A model generated the notes under the pieces. It was given only the letters and a program-made list of their open reading frames with translations. It ran no database searches and was not told the DNA's origin. The position numbers were made by a program, and so were the translations under genes. 64,000 nucleotides of DNA, taken from NCBI GenBank assembly GCA_010405405.1, contig MU004236.1, forward strand, positions 793,457 through 857,456. The letters run 5' to 3'. Shown piece after piece: positions 49,631 to 61,965 of this stretch. Each line of letters begins with the position of its first letter. Position 1 is the stretch's first letter. The DNA comes from Microthyrium microscopicum. Lineage: Eukaryota.

Positions 49631-52600
49631 ATGCTTGCGCCGGTCCGTCGCGGCATCCAGTTGCAGAAAGCACGATGCTCTCATCGTCCCCTATGCATTC
49701 CTTCCCTCCGACCCTCTCCTCGTCTACCTCCTTCTCGATGTTACGCCACAGGACTTCCTGCAGAACAAGATTCACAAACATCATCATCTGGCAATGACAC
49801 TCGTGCGACAGGCGAGGCGCCGTTATACTCATCGCAAAAGAATACTAAAGGAGTTTCACTGCGACTCGGACGCATTCGTAATAAGAAAGATGGAAAGACC
49901 TTCCAGTCTAAGAGCAAGCAGCTGGCGGTCGACTCCTTCGGCAAACCTGCGGAAGTTCTGATCTTGGCTCAATCAGAGTCGAACAACGACGATATCGACG
50001 ATGTTGACAAAGGAACCAAGATCTTGGAGTTCAAGAGTCAGGCGGAAGGGTCTGAAAGTTCAGAGCCGTCGCAAAGCCAAAACGTGGATACGGATGACGC
50101 GCCAGCAAATGCACCGCGTAATGAATCTACGCAAACCACCCTCTCCAAGATTGTCAATAGCGCAGACAACAAAACTGGCGAAGATGGCTCAGACTTGCAG
50201 GACGTGTTTGCTGATTTTGAAAAGCTAAGACCGCAAAGAGTATCTCCGACTGTGCCCCCGGTTCTGTCCTTTGCAGAGGCAGAGTCTCTTCAAGAATTGA
50301 TTGCAAAAACATTTACAGTCGGACAAATTACGCAATACCGCAAGGCACATCAACAGAAGCTTAACCCAAAGCGAAGCCTTGAGTCTCCATGGACTCAGCG
50401 TGAAATCAAAAAAGAGCAGCACGCAGCGCCCAGTTCAGAGTCAAAATCTGCCAAACCCGTTTCCAAGAAACAACGACAGGCGGCGCATAAGAAAGTATTG
50501 ATAAGTGGTATGCTCAAGGCTTGCTGGGAAGTCGAGACGGAAGGAGAGTACTCGAATATTGTTTCCGCCTCTCGGCCAATGAACCAACATAACTGTCACT
50601 TCTTGACTGTTGGACGTGAGTTGATATAGCCAATCTTTAGGAAGTCTACTAACGAACAATCAAGAACCTTCGAATATTCAAGAAATTGAAGATTACCTTA
50701 AAGTCAAGATTGAAATTGACACAGAACGGGATTTGCACGCCGAGCAAGCGCCGAGAGTTTTCAAAGCCGATGAAAGCATAAACGAAGGTCTCTCTGACTC
50801 TTCTACGGAGGCAGACACTACCGACAACGGTCATGTCACTATTGAAAACGCGACTAATAAGGACGGCCCTGCTCGATTCATACGGGTAACTGGAGCTCAA
50901 CCGATGGTAAAGCACGCTACTCACCGCATCAATGAATTGTGCAGAAATATCATAACTGAACGCATCGATCTCATTGCTATGCAAACTTCCTGGAGTCCAA
51001 AACCAGACAAGACGAGGGACGACCAAAAGTCCAAAGGAGAAGCCAGCGATCGTCCAAAATCACTCTCCCAAGAACATTCAATTTCCAAAACTCAATTCGA
51101 CAAACGACCTTTCCAGGTTGAAATCCAATCTAAAGACCTACAAAACATTGCTGATCGAAATCGCTGCATTATAACATGGGCGAAGAAATCGGACAGCACG
51201 ATCAATGGTCAAGAAGACGCGGTACAGACAGAACAAAGAGTGATCAAAATCCTGGCAGGCAATCGTCTGGATCTGATATCCGTCAAGCATGCATTGTTGT
51301 CGTTGACCAAGTATTTTGAGACTGTTCAGAGAGTTACAATACCTTTGCCTGTGGGCCGAAGAAAAAATAGGCTGCTAACTAATCGGTTGGTCCCAGTCCC
51401 TAGTCACATATCTTCCAGTTTTCTTCCAGTACCGTTCTTGCGAACAGTTGAAGTATCGACAACAAGCGATGAGCAGAAGGATGTCTCCTTTAAAGAAACC
51501 AATCTTCACATAGCTCAAAGCAAAAAGAAAGAGCTTCTCTGGAAAAACTTATACCACGTATTTGCACCCTATGAGAAGGGTCACGATCTGAACAAGGAGA
51601 GCCGTGGCAAGTTTGGACCAGCTTGTAGCTGGCTTACAAAATGCAACGTCAGTACTTCTGCAACGTTGGGATACTTTCTATCACAAGCTGGACCACAGAA
51701 CTCGAAGTTACCTGAATCTTTAAAGCACATTGCTGAACCCTTCCAATTGCCACAGACAGAGTTTCTTGCAGATCCAAGTACAACAACTTTCCTCCCATTT
51801 ACTCCAAACCTATTCCCGCTACTTCGCGAGCTCAACTATTCGGAGCATTTCAAGCGTCGCACCAAACTAAAACTCCACCTTGTACCTGAGCCGCTTCCAG
51901 GCAGGAAATCCAACACAATACCATTTCAATTTCCGGAAGTCGAGGTTGTTTTCAGATTGAATCCCACAGACAGGGCTACGACATATATCCAAAGCATTGC
52001 TGCAGTCGTCAAAAACGAAACCCACAACCTTATGCTTCCTCATATGCCTTTAGATCTGCAATTTTCGACTACAATAGAGTCTAGTCATAAGACCATACAA
52101 AGACACAACATCACCGCCGGCCCCAAATCTACAACCAAACCCAACATAGCGGATGACATGACGCCCGCTGAGCTCTTGGAGACTCTTGACGAGAGAGCGT
52201 CTTTGGAAGATCTTGAAATTGCGAACAACGTCAAAATTGCTAGCCAAACCTCAAATGATTCCATAATCTTTGGAAAAGAATACGGAGATGGTTTCGATCT
52301 CACTCAGCACGAAGGCTTTGCTCCCTTTCTCCGACAGATTCTGGCTCAAATCGTCGAGAATAAGCCCATCAAGCAGCTCCATGCTGAACCAATACTCTCA
52401 TTTCCCCACAGCTTACTGGCTACTACGCCCCAAGCAATTAAGCCCAGGTTCAATAAGATCCGTTACATGATTGCCGATGTACAAAAACGAGAAACTCTCT
52501 CATTTTCTGTAGCCAATCAATCGGAAGACCCTGCTGAGCTTCGGACCTGCGAGAAATTCCCAGCATCATTGTCCATGCTGTCCCTGCCTAATGGTGGGCA

Positions 52601-52778
52601 GGTGGGATCATTCTCGTTGCATTTGACTGGCGATCCAAACGTAGAAATAGCGGATACAACATCCCCATCAAAGAACAAGAAACAAACTACCGAGCTCCGA
52701 AACCGCATGGCGCGACAATTTGTTGACACTTCTCTATGGCTTGTGGACAAAGTCGCAGAACTTCACAAAAAGACATGA
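49631..52778 (+). CDS. Mitochondrial protein, probably SLS1-like inner-membrane regulator; 2 exons
   Basis: Arg/Ser-rich presequence, LAVDSFGKPAEVLIL motif, C-terminal FPEVEVVF...NLMLPHMPLDLQF resembling fungal Sls1 family members (from memory, not searched). Confidence 0.5.
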
Positions 52779-53031
52779 AGCATTGAGTGTACAATACAAA
52801 CACCGACCCCTTCTCAATTGTAAAGTAGAATATGCTGGCGCATATGGCGGAGTTTTAATTCCCTTCTTGTAAAATACACCAGAGCATAGCATGCATAGTA
52901 CAAGCGCTTAGATCTCACGATACCCTACTCCACATCACACATGTATATCTATCTTGTATCAATAAACACATCAACCATCAAATCATCACCCATCAATCCA
53001 TAATCCAACCGTGCCACATCTCATTTTCTAC

Positions 53032-53613
53032 TTATTTCCTCTTCAGCCATTTCCACCCCTGTTCCTCCGCATCCGCAAGCCGATCGCCCAGATCTTTTGC
53101 AAACCTGCTAACTTCTCCCCATATGCCAGCTTCCTCCTTCTCCTCCTCGACTAGACTTTGGTACCGCGCGCGCTGCTCGGCTGTGCCGTCAATGTAGGGG
53201 TTTTGCATGTAGTTTGGCGGGTGCACTAGCGAGTGCCTTCTAGGCTCTGCGGGTGGACTGCCCATTTGCCGGTGTGGGTAGGAGATTGAGTGGCGCGTGT
53301 GGAAGGTGTTGGGGGGTGCTGGGAAGTGGGTTGGTGAGGTTGGTGAGGTTGGGCTTGCGGATGCTGTGGATGGTGCCCAGGTTAAGGGACGGTTGGTTTG
53401 AGATGGTTCTGCCTGGTTTGGCGGCGGTAGTCTTTGAGGTGGTGGTGGCGTTTGGAGTGGTGAGCTGGTTGGTGATGTTGGCTCACTTGGCCCGGCTTGC
53501 ATGTCGGTTTGCATGTGGAGGTTCTTTGTTGGAGAGTCGTCGGTTGACTTGTCTGTCTTTGCACCCTTTTGTGGCCGTAATGGCGAGTTTGTAAATGTTG
53601 GTACTGGCGACAT
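53032..53613 (-). CDS. Hypothetical Pro/Ser/Thr-rich protein
   Basis: 193-aa ATG ORF with HPPNYMQNPY and a C-terminal helix ending WKWLKRK. Confidence 0.65.
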   Translation of the reverse strand: MSPVPTFTNSPLRPQKGAKTDKSTDDSPTKNLHMQTDMQAGPSEPTSPTSSPLQTPPPPQRLPPPNQAEPSQTNRPLTWAPSTASASPTSPTSPTHFPAPPNTFHTRHSISYPHRQMGSPPAEPRRHSLVHPPNYMQNPYIDGTAEQRARYQSLVEEEKEEAGIWGEVSRFAKDLGDRLADAEEQGWKWLKRK

Positions 53614-54246
53614 GGCGGAAACCTGGCGATGTAGTTGGGGGCTTCCGCGCGGATATCAAATCGTAAAGTATATGTTTTTTGTGGTAATTTTCTGGGACAA
53701 GGAAGTAACAGTCCTGATTGACGTTTCAAACCGGAATAACAATTGTGGGTTGGATTCTTTCTTTGTTAAATATGACGATTGCGGTGTGGTTTGCGGAATG
53801 TGTCACTTCACTCTCATCGCAAATCTTATGACGAAGAGATCATCATTCTGTAGAATAAGATGAGAGTGAACGTTTCAGATTTCTGAATTGTGGATTTAGA
53901 AACATCTCATCGATTCCCCTGAATGATAACCGTCATCAGATGTGGGTCTGCTAATGCTAAGCTAAATCCCCTTTCTGGGCAAGGCTGATATTCCAGGATC
54001 GTCGATGAAAGGGAGCAGTCAAAAAATCGACTGTGATCTATCAATTGCGAGTATATTTAAATGTACCTTAGTATGCATATCATCGTAGCCTTCCTAGGAG
54101 TACTGTAGGGTGCCATATCTGATTGCGGGCCACCCATCATGTTCAACTTTCCATCAAATGATCTCTTCCATATCTCCTAGAATTATGTACAAACTCTTGC
54201 CTATGACCAATTCCTCAATGCGCTTTTAAAGTTCCAATTCTTTGTG

Positions 54247-55218
54247 TTACAAACTATTTTCCAATGCCATGACTTCTGCAATGCCATCCTTAACATGCTT
54301 CACCTGCTCATCCGACAGTCGCTTTAACGGACTTCTTGGATATCCGCCGTATCCATAATAGCTTTGTATTGCGCTCTTTGTGCCCGGGATCGCCGCCTTT
54401 GTCAACACCCAGTCGCCCTTGCTCAGCACCTTCTGCATAGCAATCGCCTCATCGTATTTGCCCTCCGCCCACAGATTCCACACCTTGACACATGTCTTGG
54501 GTAATACGTTGGCGCCACCTGCAATGATACCACTGCCACCGCTCGCTGCCGTCTGCGCAGTAAAGTCTGCCATGCCGCCAAAGGCCATGTACCCTGATCC
54601 CTCGCTCTTTGGTGTCTTTGCATCGACCGCGAGCGCCACGCGTGTAAGCTTGCCTGTGTTTCCGCAGGTGAACTTTGTCCCGATGATATTTGGATGCTCC
54701 GCCAAACGAATCAGGAAATCAGAGTCCATGTCAATACCAGCGACAGCGCCAGGATAGTTGTACAGCACGATCGGAATAGGCGAGCCATCTGCGACCTTTG
54801 TAAAGTATGTATATAGCGCGTCCTCGTCCATAGCATAGCGATAATACGAAGCGGACACCAGAAGAGAGTATTCACCGCCCGCCGAAGCAGCATCTTTGCA
54901 GAGCTCGATTGTATTTCGGATGGAATGGTCAGAGGTGCCGACCATGATAGGGATATGCGAAAAGCCAGCCTCGTCGAGCGCGGCACGGGTTTCTTTCGTT
55001 ACAGTGATCTTCTCTTCTCTTGATAGATGGACAGCCTCGCCATTTGAGCCCATGGTGACGATCCCTTGTAATCCAGCTTCGGCCAGTCGGACGGCGTGTT
55101 TTCTGATGGTGGGGATATCGAGGTCCTCTGTTGTTGGGTCGAAGAAGGTCATGACTGGACTATATATGCCTGGTCGGAGAGGATTACGCTGCCTCGCGGT
55201 GCCATTTGCTTGAGCCAT
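54247..55218 (-). CDS. gaaC: L-threo-3-deoxy-hexulosonate (2-keto-3-deoxy-L-galactonate) aldolase, DHDPS family
   Basis: PLRPGIYSPVMTFFDPTTEDLDIPTIRKHAVRLA, GSNGE, LYNYPG, GTKFTCG (Schiff-base Lys). Divergent from the gaaA homolog, as in Aspergillus niger. Confidence 0.88.
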   Translation of the reverse strand: MAQANGTARQRNPLRPGIYSPVMTFFDPTTEDLDIPTIRKHAVRLAEAGLQGIVTMGSNGEAVHLSREEKITVTKETRAALDEAGFSHIPIMVGTSDHSIRNTIELCKDAASAGGEYSLLVSASYYRYAMDEDALYTYFTKVADGSPIPIVLYNYPGAVAGIDMDSDFLIRLAEHPNIIGTKFTCGNTGKLTRVALAVDAKTPKSEGSGYMAFGGMADFTAQTAASGGSGIIAGGANVLPKTCVKVWNLWAEGKYDEAIAMQKVLSKGDWVLTKAAIPGTKSAIQSYYGYGGYPRSPLKRLSDEQVKHVKDGIAEVMALENSL

Positions 55219-56323
55219 TACTTCCAAAACTCTCGTCGAGAGCAAAATGTGTGATAGTAGTTTGGATCGTGAGATCTATGGAATGGTAGTACTGTTACCA
55301 CAGGTCCTGATATAGTGAATTTTGTGGGAGATTTGGTGTTTTATTCCCAGTGATCCTGTGACATGAATAGAATAGAGTCAGCAATGGGTTTGAACCGATA
55401 GAGTAAACGAGTAATGAATGAATCCCGGGCCTTTGAATAACAACCGAAAACCCCGGAAAAGCAATCTAACAAAAAAGCTTCAATCCTAGCGAGATCGGGT
55501 TGACGATGGGAATAGAAATCGGCATTGAACGTCAACGGACCAAAGTGCTACTCTTATAAGCTCTTGACTGTGGATACTAGATATTTTGACATTAGGACCC
55601 TGCAGAAAAGAATGGGTAGAGACGCTGAAGGCTATCATTGTATTTGATAATGACATCCCACACCAACTGGTCGAATACCCATTCAGAGCCTCGAATCGAT
55701 GCGCCATCGCACGAGACTGGCCAACGGCCGCGATACAATTGGTCAAGCATTACGAGGGGGAATCTGTACTAGAGCCTGCGGCCTCAATGTACACTCCAAA
55801 GGGCTAATATCTTGTCCTGAAATTGGCCAGAACTTTCCAGGGTCCGATTGCGGTTTGGGACATATCGCTCAATGCAAGCCGAGGAGGGGGAGATTTAGCA
55901 AGTTATAATTGCTTAGCTTCATTTGACCCTGCAGTTCAACCAGCTGCACGAAGGAAAAACATAGTCATGCTGCTAACGGTTCATATACTGCTGGCGATTC
56001 GTCGGTTGACAGTGGGGAACTGGGGAGCAGTAGCTGCAGCATTTTATGCTAGGCGACTGATATATTCTTCCACGAATTAGATATACCCATGATCGCGGGA
56101 TCCTCACCAGTACCAGTACAATATCCGAAGTTAATTGATCCGAGACTATGCCCTAAGAGGAAGTGAGTTGTGTTTGGAAGAAGACTGTTAATAGACACTG
56201 GAGTGACCTAAAATAAGGAGATGTACTTTTAGCAAGCTCATCTACTTATCTAGTCTAACAAGATTGAAGACGTCAGTCGAATTCGACCTGGAAGATTGGA
56301 CTGTTTGTGAAATTTGATCAATC
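55219..56323. promoter_or_regulatory. Shared bidirectional promoter region of gaaC/gaaA, with CreA-type SYGGRG motifs
   Basis: Head-to-head start codons. GTGGGG (~56012), CTGGGG (~56020) and CTGGAG (~56198) match SYGGRG. Confidence 0.55.
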
Positions 56324-57712
56324 ATGGCGCCACTTAACGTTTTGATGGTACGTTGACCTTGACAACACCTCGAAAACCAGACTAACATGATCAGGTCGGG
56401 ACAGGAGAGTACACCACTGGCTTTGTCGGTGGTGGAGCCTCTGGGTCAGACAAAAAGGTTGGAGTGGTTGGATTGACGCTCTTTGATTTGCGAAGACGTG
56501 GAAAGGTTGGCAACTTGAGCATGGTTGGGACGACAGGGAAGAAATACCCTGGAATTCGTAAGTTGATCCGAAATGGTGACCAGTAAATACGCTAAAAGTA
56601 AACAGGACAACATCTTCAGAAGAACATCACGGAAGTGTACAACGGACTGGATGTATCCTTCACATCATACCCAACAGACGAGACCGAGCGCGACCCAGAC
56701 GCATACAAAGCCGCCATTGATGCGCTTTCTCCAGGAGATGCCATCACAATCTTCACTCCAGATCCCACCCATCACCCCATTGCGCTCTATGCAATTCGAA
56801 AGGGGATTCATGTGCTCATTACCAAGCCAGCCGTCAAGACGGTAGCAGAGCACCAAGAGCTCATGGCCGAAGCTCGCAAACACAATGTATTCGTTTACAT
56901 TGAGCACCACAAGCGATATGATCCAGCGTACGCAGACGCACGCCACCGAGCCAAGTCGACTTTGGGAGACTTCAACTACTTCTACTCGTACATGTCCCAG
57001 CCCAAGTTCCAGTTGAAGACTTTTGCTGCCTGGGCTGGCAAGGATTCTGACATTTCGTACTACCTCAACTCTCATCACATCGACATCAACGAGGCTATGG
57101 TGCCCGACTATAAGCCCATCAAGGTCACTGCGAGTGGGTCCATGGGAATCGCTGCCAGTTTGGACTGCGATCCAAAGACTGAGGATACCATTACCCTCCT
57201 GGTTGATTGGATCAACACCAAGGACTCGAGCAAGAAAGCGACTGGTGTCTACACTGCGAGTTGGACTGCCCCTGAAGCTGCCGGAGTGCATAGCAACCAG
57301 TATTTCCACTACCTAGCAAGCAAGGGTGAAGTTCGAATCAACCAAGCCAAGCGTGGCTACGACGTTGCTGGCGATTCTGGTAGCATTGCCTGGTTCAATC
57401 CGTGAGTTATATTCAAGAGCGCAGGACCAATATACTGATAAAGAAAGATTCTATATGAAGTACGCTCCAGATGAGAATGGCGAGTTTGCAGGACAGTCGG
57501 GTTATGGATATGTATCATTTGAGAAGTTTGTCGATGGCGTTCAAGCTCTCAAAGATGGCAAAGCCAGTCTCGATTCGTTGGACAGCAAAGATCTACCAAC
57601 GCTGAAAAACACCCTTGCAACAACTGCGATTCTTGAGGCCGGAAGACGCTCCCTGGACGAAAACAGAGCTATTGAGATTGTCAGAGATGGCGATGTGTGG
57701 AGCTTGAAGTGA
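56324..57712 (+). CDS. gaaA: D-galacturonate reductase (Gfo/Idh/MocA family); 4 exons
   Basis: [81 protein letters not shown]. Confidence 0.9.
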
Positions 57713-57852
57713 ACAAACTTACCACTTCCGTTATGATCCAAGATAAAAATGCAAGTTGACTTTTGGCGAAAGCATATAACAATATGAGCGACTTAACGAC
57801 CACCATAGTGCGATTATTTGATCGGATTTGGCATGTTTTCTTCCCCTGTATA

Positions 57853-58357
57853 CTATTCCCGCCATTCTCGGGCGCACTCGATACACTGTCGCAAAGTCAT
57901 TAGTAGGTGTTCGGCACTCAGATAAGTCCTCGTACCTTGTAGAAGATTGTCATCGGCTCATCGGCACTGCGGATCTGGACGGTGTGGAAGAAGGCCTCTC
58001 GTGATTCGCACTTGTCGTTGACGCACTGCACTGATACATCGTTAGATCCCGCTCGAGTACGTATTGAAGCATGATCAATATACCCTCTGTCTTGGAGCAA
58101 TTCTCCCATGCGCTACCACCGCTAACAATGTCTTCGGCTTCCTTTCGCTTTAGGTCTTTGCGGTCAAAGTATCGTTTGTTCAGGACAAATTCGAAGGGAC
58201 AGGTTCGGCATTCTAGACGATTCTTGCCAACATCCTTCTCGTCGCAACCTGTGCTTGTCTTCGTGACGATGAGCAAGTTGGAACACGAAGGGCAGACTGG
58301 TGAAAGGTTAGCTAGGCTGCGCGCTATAGGACGTTCTAGACGCGTACAGAGCTGCAT
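57853..58357 (-). CDS. RPC11: RNA polymerase III subunit C11 (RPC10/RPC11); 4 exons
   Basis: MQLFCPSCSNLL, CRTCPF zinc ribbon, TFIIS-like QIRSADEPMTIFYK|CIECAREWRE*. Confidence 0.92.
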
Positions 58358-58756
58358 AGTGGTCAATGATTTGTGGGCGTATACGTGAATATAAGCGCGA
58401 TTGCTGAAGGTCTGGAAGTCTGGAAGTGGTCGATGTAGTGTTGACAAAAAAACAGAGCTGTGAGAGCTTGGTACTGCTGTCCTAAAATAAATTTATAGGT
58501 GGGGGGCGTCGACCGTCTACCAGGGCTGACGGCCAACTGCCCCCTCTAGTTCATGAAACTCAAGGACCAACCGACCACAAGCTGGAGCACACTGAATCAA
58601 ATCATACTCCTTGACCCTAACTCTTCAATCCTTCAAGTTACTGCCGTCAAGACTTTGTGGTGACTTCTTGTCTTCACCAACTCGTCACTCACTAGCATTC
58701 ATCCATACCCTTCGTAAACCACCCCACTACCCGAATAACGACTTTAGGCATACAAC

Positions 58757-59439
58757 ATGGCCGACGAAGTAAGCTGCCTTTCACTGGTACCCGATCACTC
58801 TAATGGTCATCTATAGGGTGCTTCTCCCAAAGAAATTGTATTAGAGGCGTCGCGCCGAAATAACACCGACCTTCTCCACGATGTTCTCGAACAATTCAAC
58901 AAAACACATGGCAAAAAGGCACCTGAAGCGATTGCTCAACTGCTAAACAGTGCAAGAGATGGCATAGGCATGGGCGTACTTCACCTTGCTGCAGTGGGTG
59001 GAAACTGTGAGTCTACTCAAGGGATGAACATAAGCGGATCTAATTTGACGTAGACGATGTTCTGGATCTTCTGCTGGATCAGGAGGGTCTCGAAATAGAC
59101 GAACTAGATCGCATGGACAAGGACACTCCACTTCACAAAGCTGTCAGATATACGAACGAGCTAGACAAGGCAAACTGGGACGTGGGACAGCAGATCGTAG
59201 ACATTCTGATCGATGCAGGATGCGATCCAAGGTATATAATTAGAGTGAAATTTTGGCATGCGCTGACAGAAGACAGAATACGAAATGCCGCAAAACTTCG
59301 ACCATTTGACCTAGTCGACCCTCGCAACAAAGAGCTCCGCACACTTCTACAACAAGCCGAGTATAGCATGACAATGGGAGACGATGTTGTTCAGGAAGAC
59401 GACGATGGCCCGACAGGTAGTGGATCGGAGAGCGACTGA
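58757..59439 (+). CDS. Small ankyrin-repeat protein; multi-exon
   Basis: MADE|GASPKEIVLEASRRNNTDLL, GVLHLAA, DTPLHKAV, LIDAGCDPR and an acidic tail. Confidence 0.8.
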
Positions 59440-59756
59440 GAAGGACATGAAAGATGATCTCTTGCATTATGTGCTTACATATGCGCTATCTGGTCAGAGG
59501 CGCAGAGCATCGGCGTCGGTTGGGAAGTGGCTTTTAATGGCTCATTCGTAGATGGCCTTTTGTAGAACTTTAGCTCGGATGGATATAAAAGCCCCGTCAT
59601 CACACATCTCTTTCTTTGTAGAACCAAAACCGCCTTGACGGAACATTACCGTGTATGCTCTAGAACGGTCCTCATCGCGCGCGCCATCTTATTGTATTCG
59701 TGACCTCCGTCGTAGCGCTCCTAGCATATTCGATTCCTCGCGACTTGATCTGACGT

Positions 59757-60058
59757 TCAGTCCTGTACCTCTGGTGGTTTGCCAACTGGTTGTACCATTT
59801 TCTACTTCCACGTTAGCGTACTCAGAACAACGAGGCATAAAGACTTACCTCGATCATCATCGCGCGGACCTTTTCCTTGCTCTCCCCCATACCGAGAGCC
59901 ATATATTCAAGTAGTGGCGCATGGCCTACGAAGGACGAGCATGTGTCGCGGGCAATGTTGCTGGTCCATTCGAATTTGGTTGTATCGGCGTGTCCTGTTC
60001 CGACATAGCGAGCTTGAAGCTGCTCAAGCTGTTGCTGGGCTCGGAGTTTGTCAGCCAT
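59757..60058 (-). CDS. SF3B5: Splicing factor 3B subunit 5 (SF3b10/Ysf3); 2 exons
   Basis: MADKLRAQQQLEQLQARYVGTGHADTTKFEWTSNIARD...MIE|KMVQPVGKPPEVQD*. Confidence 0.92.
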
Positions 60059-60368
60059 GATAGCTTTGACTCTATTAGATGGATTGTAGATGGATTTTGC
60101 TGATGTGGAGATGGAAGCACATGCAAGGAAAGAAGTTTGGTCGTGGTTCCCAAATATGCGGCGCAAGCTTTGACCTCCTAACCGTACAGCTACTACCTAG
60201 CTGTGGGGTACATCTTTGATTAAGTCTCCTTGTCTCCAAACTCAACGCCAACAACTCTACATCTCCAACTCATCATGTTTGATATGCCCAGCTGAGCTTA
60301 TCATCCATCAGTTCAACTACATCTCATCAACGAAACTCCCATACATCAACAACTCCTACTACAACAAG

Positions 60369-60941
60369 ATGAACCCTCACAATAATCAGCCCCCGGCTTT
60401 TCCCAACCAACAGCCCTCCTCCAACCAGCAACAAAACCCAGCTACCTCGCCAACACCAACGTACGATTCCAACTTTGCCGATACCTTGACAGCAGCCATA
60501 CTCACACCAGACCGCCCCGTACCACCCAGTCAAATCCCGACAAACCCATCCGGGCCTGTTCCACTCTCATCATCAGAGCGTGTCTACCCCTCATCCCTCA
60601 ATGAGTCTATCCGCCTTACACACCCACATGGCAGTCTACTGGGCGGACCCGGTCCCGTCCCGGCCGCCGATCTGCGGGCGTACGCTCAGGACGTGGCTGA
60701 AGTACACGGTCTAAAAAGCCAACAAGAACTGGAAGCTTGGGCGCGAAAAGGGCTGGCAAGAGCTGGAGAGGATGTGAGCAAAGTATTGCAAGAGCGAGAA
60801 CGTTACATCGAGCACAATGAGCGGAACCAAAAAAAGATAAGCGAATTGTTGGAGGAAAGGGAAATGGAGGAAAAGGTTGCGGCACGGTTGCGAGCAAAGT
60901 GGGCGCGAAAAAAGCAGCAGCCGTCGCAAAACCAGCAATAG
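60369..60941 (+). CDS. Hypothetical protein with C-terminal coiled coil; TAG at 60939 may be premature
   Basis: ATG at 60369 and an open frame to TAG. Coding-like sequence continues in frame to 61112. Confidence 0.6.
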   Translation: MNPHNNQPPAFPNQQPSSNQQQNPATSPTPTYDSNFADTLTAAILTPDRPVPPSQIPTNPSGPVPLSSSERVYPSSLNESIRLTHPHGSLLGGPGPVPAADLRAYAQDVAEVHGLKSQQELEAWARKGLARAGEDVSKVLQERERYIEHNERNQKKISELLEEREMEEKVAARLRAKWARKKQQPSQNQQ

Positions 60942-61202
60942 AATGAAGGTTCTGCGGCGGCTGCGGGAGATGAGAGTGAGGAGGAAGAGGAAGAAGAGGA
61001 GGAAAAGCCTGGTCCGGGGTCTATCAGCGACCCTTTTGAGCCTGATATGTCGTTGGCGGGCAAAACACGTCGTCAGGTAGCTAAGGAAAAGAAGGAAAAG
61101 GAGGAAAAGTAGTAATGTAATTAGTCCAAGAAATACAATTCTTAATATTTGCTCGTGTCAATTTCTATTTTTCTTAATATTCGCGATATACCCAAAATAG
61201 TG

Positions 61203-61682
61203 ATGGCTCCCAGCGCATTCGATATTTCTGATCGAGTGCTATGGCTACCAGCGCATTTGATATTTCTGATTAGGTGCCATGGCTCCCAGCGCATTCGATA
61301 TTTCTGATTGAGTGCTATGGCTACTAGCGTATTTAATATTTTTGTTTAGGTGCCATGGCTCCCAGCGCATTCGATATTTCTGATTGAGTGCTATGGCTAC
61401 TAGCATATTTAATATTTCTGTTTAGGTGCCATGGCTCCTAGCGCATTCGATATTTCTGATTGAGTGCTATGGCTACTAGCGCATTTGATATTTCTAATTA
61501 GGTGCCATGGTTCCCAGCGCATTCGATATTTCTAATCGAGTGCTATGGCTACCAGCGCATTTAATATTTCTAATTAGGTGTCATAGCCACCAGCGCATTC
61601 GATACTGCTGATCAAGTGCTATGATTACTAGTGCATTTAATATTTCTGATCAAGTGCTATGGCTGCCATCGCATGCGATGGG
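61203..61682. repeat. 38-bp minisatellite, 12 full units plus a partial, alternating A/B variants (76-bp higher order)
   Basis: Units start at 61203, 61241, 61279 ... 61621, 61659. Consensus atggctMccagcgcattYgatatttctgatyRRgtgcy. Confidence 0.95.
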
Positions 61683-61965
61683 CGTTTTGCCGTTTCACGC
61701 GGAAGAGGATAAACGGTATTTTCATCCACATTTCTCGACGGAATCGGAGGATACCAAAAACGACACAACTCCCATCGCAGCTGATGGCTCCCATAGGATC
61801 TGTTGTTGATCAAGTGCTATAGTTCCCACCGCACTTGATGGTATACACGTACTAAGACTCTTTCATGATTTTGCATTAGCGAAAAAAGGACTTTGTGTAA
61901 AGTTATGCCATGTATTCAGTTGTACCATAAATTCGTATCACCATATCATACCACAAAAAGCTATA

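Noticed and set aside
61203..61682. CRISPR-like array
   Set aside because: Units are contiguous with no unique spacers, there are no cas genes, and the DNA is eukaryotic. It is a minisatellite.
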